A DNA stretch of 64,000 nt, taken from Oikopleura dioica. Its lineage: Eukaryota > Animalia > Chordata. Both the position numbers and the translations under genes were made by a program. Every line of letters begins with the position of its first letter. Position 1 is the first letter of the stretch. The DNA lies in assembly GCA_907165135.1 (NCBI GenBank), contig OU015569.1, forward strand, positions 12,524,001 through 12,588,000, given 5' to 3'. Below the pieces are notes generated by a model. The model did no database searches, was not told where the DNA came from, and saw nothing but the letters and a program-made list of their open reading frames with translations. Below are positions 1-12,700 of this stretch, piece by piece.

Positions 1-129
1 TGAGGGTAAGAAAATTCGAGTTCCTGAACGATCTGTCAAGGAAAGGTTCAAGCTGAGAAAATAAAACCAGATAAGAAAGGATAGAAATATTGAGGAAGGT
101 TGCAGTTAGAATTGGTACAGGACGAATTC

Positions 130-300
130 TTCTATAATATAGCTAGAATTGGTATGGTATCAAGCCTTTTTCTTGGTTAAGAATAAGGGTTAGGGGACTG
201 GGAGTACCTATTGGAGGGTCACGGGGGGGCTGGGTTAGGCTTTAGGCCCTAAAGTTTAGGGTTAGGGATATCATACCAATTCCAGCTTAATTATAGAATA
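130..300. mobile_element. Palindromic MITE-like element with TTAGGG-like motifs
   Basis: tataatatagctagaattggtatggtatc near 133 is inverted by gatatcataccaattccagcttaattata near 267-295; the interior has ttagggttaggg. Confidence 0.55.
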
Positions 301-678
301 ATTGGTCCTTATTTTCAACAATGTTATACGTAAATTGACAAATATATTTAATATCATACCATGGACCATGGTAGTAGATCATAAAAAAGGATGAATAATT
401 GATAACGCTTAGCAGGGGTCCGGGGAAAGCCTATTGCTTTGGCTTTAGGTCCGAAAAATCTACGAAATAGACCTTTTTTAGCTATAAATTATATATTAGA
501 TCATATAATGATGCTAAAGAAAATTTACGAAACAAAAAGTTGTTGATATAAGAAACTTGGCTACGTAATAACTTTTCATATATTTCTCTTAATTCTTATG
601 TTTACTTTCAAAACGGATTAGACCAAACGCAATTCTTTGTCGTACCGATTAATTACAATTTGTATCACAATTTGAATC

Positions 679-3600
679 TTGAAAAAGGACATTCGAAAAC
701 TCGCCAAAAACAAAGCCTACCAGGATCAAGAATTCGCCTACCACATCTCCCCAACTACGATGGACTACGATGAGGCTTTGGCGTATTGCTACCTTCGTGG
801 GAGCTGGCTCGCCCAACCTGACGGCGACAAGAACCGTTTTGGAGCGATGAGTGCTGCTCTTCACGAAAACCGATTCTACTGGTATCAAGGAGATGAATCC
901 TGCACTGCCACGTACGGAGGCTATCGATATAGCTACCGTCGAAACTGTCAAGAACAGTATCCTGCTGTTTGCGAGACAGGACAGTATACCGACAAGTGCT
1001 ACCCAGCTTCAGGATCAGCTGGATTTGGACGGTGCACGGCCTGGGGTGATCCTCACTACACCACCTTTGACGGGGAATACCATCACTTTCAGGGAAGCTG
1101 TGAATACACGATGGTCGAAGTCGACAGCGTTCAATACCCAAACATGCCTTGGTTCAAAATCGTCGCCGATCTCGACTACTTCAGAACGGGCGTGTACACG
1201 CATACTCGCGGATTCACTTTCGAGTTCCCTGGCCAAGGCCAATCTCCCGATGAAATCCCACGATACGTCGTTTCCGCGGATGGTTGGCGCTGGCAAATGC
1301 GCAGTGCTGTCCTCGAAGATCGTCAGCTTGGAGTTTCCTACACGAGATCGTTCTACGGAAATCCAGATTTTTACTTTTACGTCGGCTGGGATAGTGTCTA
1401 TATTAGAACCTATTTTGACGTTAGGGCGTACTACAACGCTCGAAATGATGCAAAATTCGACATCTGGGTTCCTGATTGCTACAAAGACAACGTCAAGGGT
1501 CTCTGCGGCAATTTCAACGGACAGAAGTACGATGAGTTCAGCCAAACTAGTTTGACTCATCAAATGCACAACTGGAGAGATGTGCAGCAGGACCTTTGGA
1601 TTGGGCGACGAGTTTCGAAGTTCCCGACGAACGATGTCGCCAAATTCACGACTTCGAATGCGACGTTCATGTTTCCGACGCAATCAATTCCTGCCAGCCC
1701 ATCGACCCAGAGAATTCGGAAGGCCTCTTCAACGAGCACTGTTCCGTCGATCAGGCACCATTCAACACAGCTTGCGTTTTGGAAGTTTGCGACGGAACTG
1801 ATCGATGCAGCGCACTCCAATCCTACGCGAAAGCATGTCTCAACGATCTGGCACCAGAAGATCGCGCACCTGTCTGTGATTGGGCCGCTGAGTTCGGTTG
1901 CGAGCCAGAATGCGGCGCCAATTCCGAATTCGATGGCTGCGCGGATTCTTGTGCCGCCACTAGAACCTGCGAAAATCGTCATTTGGACGATTTCGAGCGA
2001 TGTCGAGGAGAAAATGAAATTGAAGGCTTTTGCGTCTGCGAAGACGGATACATTCTCGAAGATGGTGTCTGCATTCTCGAGTCAGACTGCGGCTGCAACT
2101 TTGACGGAAGCTACTACAAGCTCGGGGAAGAATTTTCAACCACTGAAGACAACTGTGAATGTACAAGCGGCGGTGTGGTTGTTTGCGTCCCCATCCCCTG
2201 CGAAGATAAAGAAAAAGGCACCTGCCGAGTCCACAGCGATCCATACATCGAGACCTTCGACGGCGTCGCCTACGATTTCCACGGAACCTGCCGCTACTCA
2301 CTCGCCAGCTACGAAGACACGCCTGCTCGAGCAGGATTCAATATTGATTTCAGCAACAGAAGAGAAGTTCAGTGGAATATTACTGAAGAAGAATGGGGCG
2401 ACGGATCTGTCCTTGACCAAGTTTGGCTCGAGTTCCATTCGAGTGACTACGCTTTTGGAGATTCAAAACGATACCTGCTCCATATCAATAACTTGGATAC
2501 TTCCGACGATTACCATAACACGAATCTCGATGTAAGACTTTTTGATCGAGCCACAGGGAAGGTTTTCTACAACGAAGATGTCAACCTTGACGATGTTTCG
2601 ATCGACATAGACGGCCAAGATGTCACTATCGTCCTGTGGAACGGCGTGGAGATCTTCTACGATCACGTGTATTGGGATATGACACTTAAAGTACCGAACT
2701 GCTTCAAGGACGCTATCTTCGGCCTTTGCGGAAACTGGGACGATTCACAAGCATCTGAGACACAAATTGCGTCCGATTACAAAACTGATCCGGACGCGCT
2801 CGGCGAAAGTTTCAAGACTCAGACTCTTCCATTCTGCTCTCACGGAAAGTACTTCGCCCCTGCGAGGCCCTTCCTGCTGACGAATTGAATGCTGTTGAGG
2901 AAAAATGCGCGGCTCTAGATGACAGCAACTCCGAAGCCGATGTCTTCCAATCCTGCGGCTTCCTCGACAAACACTACTATCACGACGGTTGCCTCTTCAA
3001 CGGTTGTATCAAGCGAGACTGGGCTTGTGGATTCATTCAATCTTACGCTCGAGGTTGTCTTGTCAGAAAGAATCCAGACAGCAGCGATTTTAAGACTGTC
3101 TGTTCTTGGCCCGAAGCAACTGGATGCGATCTAGAATGCCCAGCTGGTCAAGTTTTCAAAGGATGCACGAACAGATGCCTTGAACAACGAACTTGCGATG
3201 ACGTCGTCGATGGAATTTCAAATGAAGCTCGATGCGGCTCTCAACGCGCCATCTACGCAATGTGTGGCTGCCCGGACGGACAAGTGATGCACGAAGGCGA
3301 GTGTATCAACGAAGACGCATGTCCACGTGATTGTGTTGCGACAGAAGTGGCTACTTGCAGAGTTTGGGGAGATCCACATTACGAAACATTTGATGGAGAA
3401 TTTCACCATTTCCAAGGAGCTTGCAGATACACATTTGCTGAATCGAAGGGCGATGATGAGTTCCGTAACGTTCCCGCGTTTAAACTCGAAGTTGGTCAAG
3501 AAAGATGTGGCAATTGGAACGGTGAAACACCAGTATCCTGCCTAAGAAGATGGACATTTGAGTTCCCGGCAGAAGGCCAGACAAAAGATGAAACTCCTCG

Positions 3601-6600
3601 CTACATTTTATCTGTTGATAGTAGTCGAACTGTTCTTGAAGATCGATGGACCGGTGCTTCCTACACAAACAATATAGAAACCGATGACTTTACATTCGAA
3701 ACTTCGCCGAGAATTAGAGTTACAACCTGGTTCGGCGCTCTTATTTCTAATGCGGGATATCATATCCTCGATTTCACACTTCCAAATTGCTATATGGATC
3801 ATGTGGACGGTCTTTGCGGGAACTACGATGGTGTAAAATACGATAAATTCGATGAAGTCGCGTCGAAATTTTCGGAATTGGATTTTTCAAACTGGACTGC
3901 TTATCAATCAGAACTCATTGAATGGGCAAATGATTTCGCTGAGCCTGACCCACGATGCAGAGAAGTTGTCGATTTCGAATGCGATGATATCGATGAGGTA
4001 ACCGACATGTGCGTCCCTCTCGACAAAAATATCCCCGGAGGAGTCTTCCACGATTGCACCGCTGATAAGAACGCCGCCTATCTCAGCTGTCTCATTGATG
4101 GCTGCGGGGATCGCTCTTCTCTTTGCGACTCTCTTGCCAACTACGCCAAGACTTGTTTGAACACAATTCCCGCTCATCTTCGCGGTAATGTCTGCTCTTG
4201 GGCCAGCGAAACTGGCTGTGAAAAGGAATGCGGAGCTAATAGCCAGTTCGAGGGTTGTGCAAGCACTTGCGCCGCCACACGAACTTGCGTCAATCGACAC
4301 ATGTCGGATGCCGAACGATGCGGATCGACAATTGACGAATTTGACAGCATGTGCGTCTGCGAGCCCGGATATATTCTCGATGGCGACAGCTGCATCCTCG
4401 AAGAAGATTGCGGATGCGTCTGGGACCACAATGGCGTCTACTACTCACAAGGTTCGACGTTCTCTACCGACGAAGAGAACTGCGAGTGTACTTCCGATGG
4501 AGTCGTTTGCACACCAATTCCGTGCGAAAACAGGGGAACTGCATATTGCCGAGCTCACAATGATCCTTACATCAGAACTTTCGACGGCTACCAGTACGGT
4601 TTCCACGGTGATTGCCGCTACAATCTAGCTAGTGCACCTGATCGCGACGACGTTCCTGGCTTCAACGTAGACATCAAAAATCGAAAACCGTGGCTTCCGT
4701 TTATCGGCGCTGTTACGGACCAGATCTGGTTCGACTTCCACGGACGCGATTATGTTGCTGGCGATGCGAAAAAGTATTCTCTTTACATTCGCAACGTAGA
4801 TGACAGCGATGACTACAGAAGAGCTCGATTTGAAGTTACTCTAGAAGACAATGAAACAGGAGAGAAAATTATCGACGCCGTTTCAGAAATTAGCAGAACA
4901 GAAACGATTGTCACTGATGATTACGAGATCTATCTCTATCGATCGTCATCAGATGGCCCAAATATTTACAGTGTGTACGTCAAAACCTGGAATGGCTTGA
5001 GAGCCCAATTCTACTACAGTTCTTGGTCCTTCTATCTTTGGGTCAATGGGTGCTACAAGAATGAGATGGCCGGTCTTTGCGGTAACTACGACGGCGATTA
5101 CTCTGATGAGCGTCTTCTCAGGGCTGATTACGAAGCTGACGGAGCCTCCTTTGGAGATCGGTTCCAAACTGATGATGATGAAACTTGCTCGCACGGCGGG
5201 CGATTGACTCCTTGCGAAGACCTATCGACAACAGAATACAATGCTGCGTACTCGAGATGTGAAGCTGTTCGTCAACCGACTCTCCGACACCCACTTTCCA
5301 GTTTCTATCGAAATATCTTCAGCGGCTGTGAGTTCCTTGGCGATCGAACAGAAGTTCATGAAGCTTGTCTTTTCAACAGCTGCGTCAAAGACGGCCTCCA
5401 ATGTGGTATCATCGGCGAGTACGCTTCCGCGTGCCTCGAGAGGAAGACTCCTGGAACCGCCGATTTCGATCGAATCTGCAATTGGGCAGCGGCTACGAAC
5501 TGCGAAGAGGAATGCCCAGCGGATCAAGTTTACAAAGGATGCACCAACAGCTGCTTCGAAGCGCAGACTTGCGAAGACGTCGCTCGCGGTGTTAGCAAAG
5601 AAGATCGATGCGGCACCGACAATGTGATCCAAGGAATGTGCGGATGCCCAGAAGGCCAAGTTCTCGAGGACGGAGCTTGTGTTGACGAGACTTCATGCGG
5701 ATGCATCACTGCCGACGGACTTTACGTCCGAATCGGAGAGGAGGTTGAAGGCTCTGGAGAGCTCTGCACTTGCACCGAAGAAGGCATGGAGTGCGTTGAA
5801 ACTGGTCCTTGCACTGTCTTCATCGGCAATACTCCTGAGATGATTACCCAAAAGGAAAACATGGCAGACGTCGACATTTCGAAGCCATTCAAAGTTAGCC
5901 TTCAATTCGATTGCAGCAACAATGACTTCAGCACCGGTTATATCATGCAAATCACTGATACAGAAAAGCCAAGATTCAGTAGCTCCGTGGTGGATCCGGA
6001 CTCGGCGCAGATAGAAGACCCTCGATTTTCATCAAGTGACCGCCCACTTGCCGCTATAGCCCGCAATCAAGAATTAGTTTGGTTTGCGATGTAAGTTGAG
6101 ATTGTTATGCGTGGCTATTTTAATAACTTAAGTGATTATAACTTCATCTTTTCAATGTTGAAAATTAACGATTCTTTAAGTGGCGTGGACGATAGCACAG
6201 ACTTCACAGACGGCGATTTCGATAATTATATACCATCGTACATCCAACATTGGGCTGGAGGATTTGGTGTCGCTACGAGTTGGGCAGCCGGTTGTCCAGG
6301 AGAAGGCTGGACGACTTTCGAGTTCGAGCGCAGCTTCGACGAAGATACGGGCTTGTGGACTAACACTTGGACCGCCGACGGGGAACTAATTCTCTCGACA
6401 ACCAACAGCGATGATCAATGGCACGCTGGATACGATTTCCACATCGGACTCGGCAGTGAAGAACACTGGATAGGCGCTGAAATCGAAATTAAAAATTTCA
6501 AACTGTGCTTATGCAGCCAAACATTCATCGGCCCAGTTCCGGAAGTTTCTGGTGCAAGAGACAACCTCGCTCAGATCGACGTCTCCAAGCCATTCAAGAC

Positions 6601-7258
6601 CAGCTTCGAGATGGATTGCAACGATGATTTCTCAAATGGTTACCTGTTTCACATAACAGATCGGGAAACCTTTCGATTCGGCGGCCCCAGCGTCGGCCCT
6701 GCTGAATTGGAGAAGAAAAAGAAGAATAAAAAGAAGAGAAACTTGGAAGACGAGGAGTCAAAACTTTCCACTGCGGATAAACCTCTTGCTATGCTATACA
6801 TGAGTAGAAACTTTATCTACTTTACGATGTGAGTGAAATTTTATACCGTAATCATTAATTCTGAATAACTGGAATTCCAATTATTTTTTTATGTAAAATT
6901 TACTATTATTTCTAGTGGCCTCGGTACCAGCAGATCATTCACTAGTTACGATTTTGAAACCCATAATGGACCATTTGTCCAGACTTTGGGATTCGACATA
7001 TATTCCATTTGGCTAAGCGGTTGCCCAGCTGACGGTTGGGCAACGTATGAGTTCGAGCACAGCTTCGACGAAGAAACAAACTTGTGGACAAACACTTGGA
7101 GAATCGATGGAGTTCCAGTCATCTCTACAACTAACAGTGATGCCGAATGGAACGCCGGAAACAATTACTGGATGGGACTCGGCGACGGTGCCGGAGCTAA
7201 CTGGGGCAGCACCGACATTAAAATCAAGAATTTCGTCCTCGACTGCTCAGAGCAATAA
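679..7258 (+). CDS. Large secreted Cys-rich protein: C-type-lectin-like domain, four VWD/C8/TIL modules and two C-terminal repeats (FCGBP/zonadhesin/mucin-like; possibly an oikosin-type house protein); 5' exons probably upstream of the window
   Basis: VWD starts (CTAWGDPHYTTFDG, CRVHSDPYIETFDG, CRVWGDPHYETFDG, CRAHNDPYIRTFDG), GLCGN motifs and TIL Cys patterns. ORFs 679-2535, 1596-2888 and 2885-6094 join through single-base frameshifts at ~1596 and ~2870. GT-AG introns at 6091-6180 and 6829-6915; stop at 7258. Confidence 0.85.
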
Positions 7259-7460
7259 TTTCACGTGAACTTAATTCTCCCTCTGCAGACATTTCCTTCC
7301 TTGTATTTCTTCCCAAATACAATGTTTATTCACATAACATACGCATAACAATGTTTATTCATATAACATAAAATACAATGTGCTTACAGCGGCAGAAATT
7401 TCTTAAAATTATGGTCTTTACTCTAGACCGAAAATAGGAAATAGCAACATAGAAATCCTA

Positions 7461-7667
7461 TTTTGAGGATCAGGTTTTGATTGGTTGATAGGCCAAATGC
7501 AGCGATCATATTGGCTGCCATAAAACCATGCATGTGTTATGCTATCATAGGATAAATTAACTTTGAAACGATTAGTTTGGAGAAATTAATTTTGGAAGTA
7601 GATTTTTGGCAGCCAATAAGATTGCTGCATCTGGCCTCCCGGCCAATTAAAACCTTATCCTCAAAAT
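7461..7667. mobile_element. Palindromic MITE (CCAAT-motif family)
   Basis: ttttgaggatcaggttttgattgg...ggccaaatgcagc...ttggctgcca is mirrored by tggcagccaa...gctgcatctggcc...ccaattaaaaccttatcctcaaaa. Confidence 0.65.
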
Positions 7668-8139
7668 CCGCTTCCAAAATTAATCTCTCCAAAAAACTCT
7701 GAAAGACCAGAAGAAATTTATGAGAATCTATCGTCGTTTGAAATCAAGGAAGAGAATTTATGGAATGTCACTTTTTATCCGCGTATTACGGTGCTTGAAG
7801 CCCTGACAGGCTCAGAATCGATGCAAAAGTTCATGAGAAACCAAAATTTGCGGAAGATTTGAGAGGAAGCTGAATAGAAGGCCTCTTTGTCTCGACAGTT
7901 ATCCGCCGCCAGTTAATTTTAACATTTGTCCAAAATGAAAGTAATGTGTGTGTCTAGCTCAGCTTCAAATCGCTGCAGTTATTTCGCTCGATCTGACGTT
8001 TTTTCCTATCCAAACTATCAGTTCCGGAAAACAAAAGAAACCAGAGAAAAAATTTAAGAGTTTTTGTTTGTATTTTTTTGAAAAGATGCGCAGCGGAAGA
8101 TCACTACTAAGAAGAACACATGATGATCAAGTATGAAAT

Positions 8140-8440
8140 CAATTAAGGGTGTCGGTATTGCTTTCATTTTTTAAAAATCAAAGTGATATCGACACCCTTA
8201 ATGGTTTATTTCCTTATTTGTCCCCTTAAATATTTTAGTGTGCTAATATTTAAGGGGATAGATGTCATTAAGGGGGTCAAAAATGAATTTAATTAAGGGT
8301 GTCAGTATTGCGTTCATTCTTGAAAAATTAAAGGGATATTGACACCCTTAATCGTTGATAGTATCAACAAGATATCCTTATTTGTCCCCTTAAATATTTC
8401 AATGTACTAATATTTAAGGTGATAGATGTCATTAACACGA
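8140..8440. repeat. Tandem pair of TAAGGGTGTC/GACACCCTTA mini-palindromic MITE units
   Basis: aattaagggtgtc...gacacccttaat occurs twice (~8141 and ~8291), each followed by ccttatttgtccccttaaatattt. The same motif family recurs at ~32110, 35515, 37360, 45190, 46300 and 49710. Confidence 0.65.
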
Positions 8441-9123
8441 GTTTTTTGTTGACTCTAATTGTTTGCTTCTTATGATGATGACCCCGTTAAGAAGTGTAAA
8501 GCTTATAGTTCTTGAAGATCCAAAATTCAAATTTAAGGGGGTAGACCTTGCGGCTAAGGTAAATAAAATGAAGAACAATTTGGAAGAACTCCAAATTGGG
8601 ATAATGAAATAAGGGTGTATCTACGTCAAGACAAAAATATCGGCTTTATAGCGTCTACAAGTTTTAGCTGAATGTCTTTTTGTTTTATAATTCCTGAATT
8701 CAGTCTTTGCCCAGTTTTTGTATTTATTCTGAAGTCTTAAAACTCTTACAGAAGTCTTAAAATTGAATGCTTCTCCTTTTTTCAGCAGAAGTTTTAAGCA
8801 AGAGAAATGCGCGTTACGACATGCTAGTCTAACTCATTTGGCCATGACGTGGTTACAAATTTGATGGGAATGTGTTTGTCTTTGGGCATTGTTTGTATTC
8901 CGGAATAAACAAATTTGCATTTTGGCTCCCGCGTTAGAAAGTTAGAGACGTTTTATTGCCCCTTCAGATCCATTTTCGTTTACTACCGAACGAATCCCTC
9001 GACTTGATGGCGCTAGACTTCCAGAAACTATCCAAGGATGATAGAGAAGAAATACGCAACTGCATGGGCCAGGAAATGCTTTTACCACTAACCTAAAAGG
9101 TTGCAAGAAAAATCATGAAGATA

Positions 9124-9648
9124 ACGGTTTTTAGGAGATAGACATCATAAATACCTCTTTTTCTCTAAAAATAAGCATAAGGAAGCCCTTAATTTATCCT
9201 GCCAAAAGAAAATAATATTCTTTATTTAGTAAAAATTTCTTTTATAAAAATTATTTTTGCGGTTAAAACAACTAAATATAGAATATTATTTTCTTTTGCT
9301 TGGCTAAATTATTAATTAAGGGTCTCCTAGTGTTAATCTTTAGAGAAAAAACGGTATTTATGACTGCTATCCCAAAATTGGAACAAAATCATAAACAAAA
9401 TGGTTTTAGGGGATAGAAATCATAAATACCGCCTTTTCTCTAAAAATTAACACTAGGAGACCCTTAATTTAGCCAAGCAAAAAATAATATTCTTTATTAC
9501 GTTGTTCTGGCAGCGAAAATAATTTTTATTAAGGGAATTTTTACTAAATAAAGAATATTATTTTCATTTGGCAGGATAAATTAAGGGCCTCCTTATGCTA
9601 ATTTAGAGGAAGAAAGCGCTATTTATGATTTCTATCCCCTAAAACCGT
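9124..9648. mobile_element. Two related ~250-bp palindromic MITEs in inverted arrangement forming a ~525-bp compound palindrome
   Basis: acggtttttaggagatagacatcataaatac at 9124 versus atttatgatttctatcccctaaaaccgt at 9648; cccttaatttatcctgccaaa versus tttggcaggataaattaagggc. Confidence 0.7.
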
Positions 9649-9742
9649 TTTGTTTATAATTTATAACTTAGAATACATCTTACTTGAATCTTTCTGGTCG
9701 ATAAAAATAAGGGTATCCCCTTGTTTAGTTCAAAAGCATTGA

Positions 9743-12700
9743 TTGAAGGATCTGGCCCAGGAAACAGAAAGCGCCTTCGACACATATACCTACGGCTTCA
9801 GCAAGAGCTCTGGAATCAATTACGTGAGAAAGACTATGTTCCAAGACCACAAATTCGACGAGGAAACTTTATCCAAAATTGCTGACATGATGGATGCAGA
9901 AAACGACGGTGCGTATTTTCCCTCCTTTTGGTTTAATTTGGGAAAGAGCCAGGTGCGGCGGAAGGAAACTAGGGGACAGTCCATCTTTCCGTCTTCGCTG
10001 GATGTTTGCTCCCATCACTTATCGTATTTATCCTTTAGAAATTCCACCCTTTGATCTGGACATGTTCGTCCGCCATCTCAAAGAACTGATAGCTGCTCCC
10101 GCTCACCTGAAAATCTACGCCCTCGCCCGCAAAATCCTCAAGCACGAGCATCAGCGCCCCTTCGCCGAGCGCGTGCCCGACCTCGCCGAGACCAAACTGA
10201 CACTCGTTATCAAGAATCCGGATGAGCCGGGCTTCTCCCTCGCCGGCGGGGCTGAAAATGGCCTCTCCATTTTCGTCGACGATGTTTCTTTCAATCTGAA
10301 GACAAGGAAGTCGACCATGAATCCCTTTGGAAAGAAGCTGCAAATTGGCGATCAGATTCTTTCAGGAATCGGTTCAAATTCTCATTTTCGTGATTATCAG
10401 CTCTCAATTTGATTGTCAGCTAAATCGAGAATCGCATCTAAGTCAATAAATACTCGTTGGACAAATGCACTCTGGAGCAATCGCTGGAAATCTTCAAGAA
10501 GCAAGCTTCTGAAGCCATTCTCAAGGGCACCCGTTTAAAGCTGACAAGTATGTTTGACCACTTGTCAACGGAAGCTCTTAAAAATTTTATAACATTTACT
10601 GTACGTAATTCTCACACGATTAACTTTAGTTCGCCCCTGCGGCTACTACCCCGTCATCGAAAGCGGCAAAGACGTCAGGTGGGAATTCAACGGCGCGTAC
10701 GACTACAAGAACGAAATTACCACAGTGCTGATTCAGCTTGGCTCGGACGAAAAACACGGCCTGGGCGTGATGGAACATGTTGGGAAATATGTTATCCACA
10801 GGATTCAGGTAACCCTGTCCACTAATCGCAAAACAAATATTAAAACAGACAGTTTGTTTAAAAGGGGCTCTTCTTTTTAAATTTGATTAGATTGACATCT
10901 TTTAATTAAGGACTTTTCCATCAACTTCTATCCGGCCTTCTGATTGGTCAATAAAGGAGGTACTTGTTTCAGCCAATCAGAAGCTTGATGAAAAAGGTCG
11001 CTATTATGGATAAGCTCTGTAGAAAAATAAAAACGAGAAAAATATTAATGACGAAATATTGGACCTTCGATTTGAATTATTTTAAATGATCATCGATATA
11101 TTTAAGCCTGGCGCTGTAGCAGACAAAATCGGCCTCAAAGTCGGCGACAAAATAGAACGACTAGACGGCGAATCCTTGGCGAAAAAGTCGATGCACGATG
11201 TAACGATTGCCTTGAAAAAGAAAGAAGTCTCGTTTTCGTTCAAAACCGCCAGCAGAAATGAGCTAGAAACATTCCTCGAGGACTTGAAGAGCTCGCGCAA
11301 GGCAACAGATTATCAAAAGACGATTCTGGCGATTCAGCAGCGCATCGGAATCAAGCCAGAGACGGAAACCAACGACAAAACAAATTTTCTGGGGAGCAAC
11401 GAGACGACAAGCAAGGTACGTTCAATTTACGAACAAACAACAAATTGCGAACTCTCGACACTTTGTTTGAGCAAATCAACATTATCACAAATTCGGCGAG
11501 ATTCTTAAGCCTTGCTCAAAGATTGATGCCTGCCAACTTGCTTCAAAACAAGTTGAAACTTTGTTGACAAAACATAGTCACAACTTGTGATTCACAAGGG
11601 TGTAGCGGGCTACCCAAAAAGGACTGTTCGTCTGAACATTTTTCTCGGTTAGGGGTTAGGGTTAGGGGATATAGAGGTACTCACTGAGGGTTTCCGGGGG
11701 GGGAGCAAAGCCCCCTGTGTTAAGCCTTAGGGGGGGTCCCAAAGGGCTAAGGCTTAGGGGCTCCCCGACTGATAACCCCCTACTACCCCTTTCGTCGAAG
11801 GTTCGAATCGAACCTACTGTAACAAATCAACATCCATATCGTTCGGTGTAGCGGGGCTATCGGTCGGGTCAGGCCTAACCGTAAGGCCCTTAGGGTGTCC
11901 CGGGGGCGTAGCCCACCGGGTTAGGCTTAGGAATAGGGCTGCCTCACTTCTGACCCCTACTACCATATCGCTCGTAGCCTACGAGTCGTAGGGCATCTAC
12001 TGTAGATCCACTTGCTTGGTACTATTAGTCGAATGTGTTTGGTATTCAAAAACACAGCTCCCGAAACTGGCGCTGTCCAATTTTCAAAAGAAAAGCCCGT
12101 AAACAACTTCAGCTTGAAGAGCCTGTGCAAACGCAGACATAGACCCAGTCGCCGAGAAAAACTTTCAATCACAAAGAATAAAATCAAAAAAGCAAAATCT
12201 AAAAGTCGTTATTAGAGCGAAAGCCGTACGAAGAGAATGACGATCATGGAAGAAGTCGACGACGAAATATTTGACCTACAATTTGTTGAAGCGAAGCGAA
12301 AGAGTATCATCGTCAGATCTGACAGTTCTCCAGGAGGCTTTTTGTCCAAGGACTCAGACTCGCCAACGACTGATGGAGCTCCTATTCCTCCCAAGGAAGG
12401 CTTTTCAACTGATTCCGATCTTTTGATAAATAGACTTTTTAAAATAGCCTCTTGACGAAAATTGGGAATCCCTAAATTGTCAGTAAAATAGTACAAAAAC
12501 TCCCAAAAATGTCGATTTTCTGGAAGTCACGTACTTTGATTGCCTACGTGACTTTCCCTAATTAACAATTTAGGGAGTAGTCCTGCTTATACATCGACAA
12601 TTTAGGGTAAGAGTCTCTTTTATGATTTATTATGTAAAAGCCAATTTCAAGCCAGAAGAAGCAGTGCCAAAGATAGAAAGCGCACCAGACTTATCTTTCG

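Noticed and set aside
1590-2890. Pseudogenisation or programmed frameshifting of the VWD gene
   Set aside because: Both breaks are single-base losses in homopolymers (ttt at ~1594, cccc at ~2867) that restore homology to the paralogous repeat. Similar missing G's near donors in NAMPT (~44960), ANAPC11 (~41571) and ~39836 point to long-read consensus error.
7690-7880. Possible exon (EEIYENLSSFEIKEENLWNVTFYPR...)
   Set aside because: It could not be linked to a supported gene model or family.
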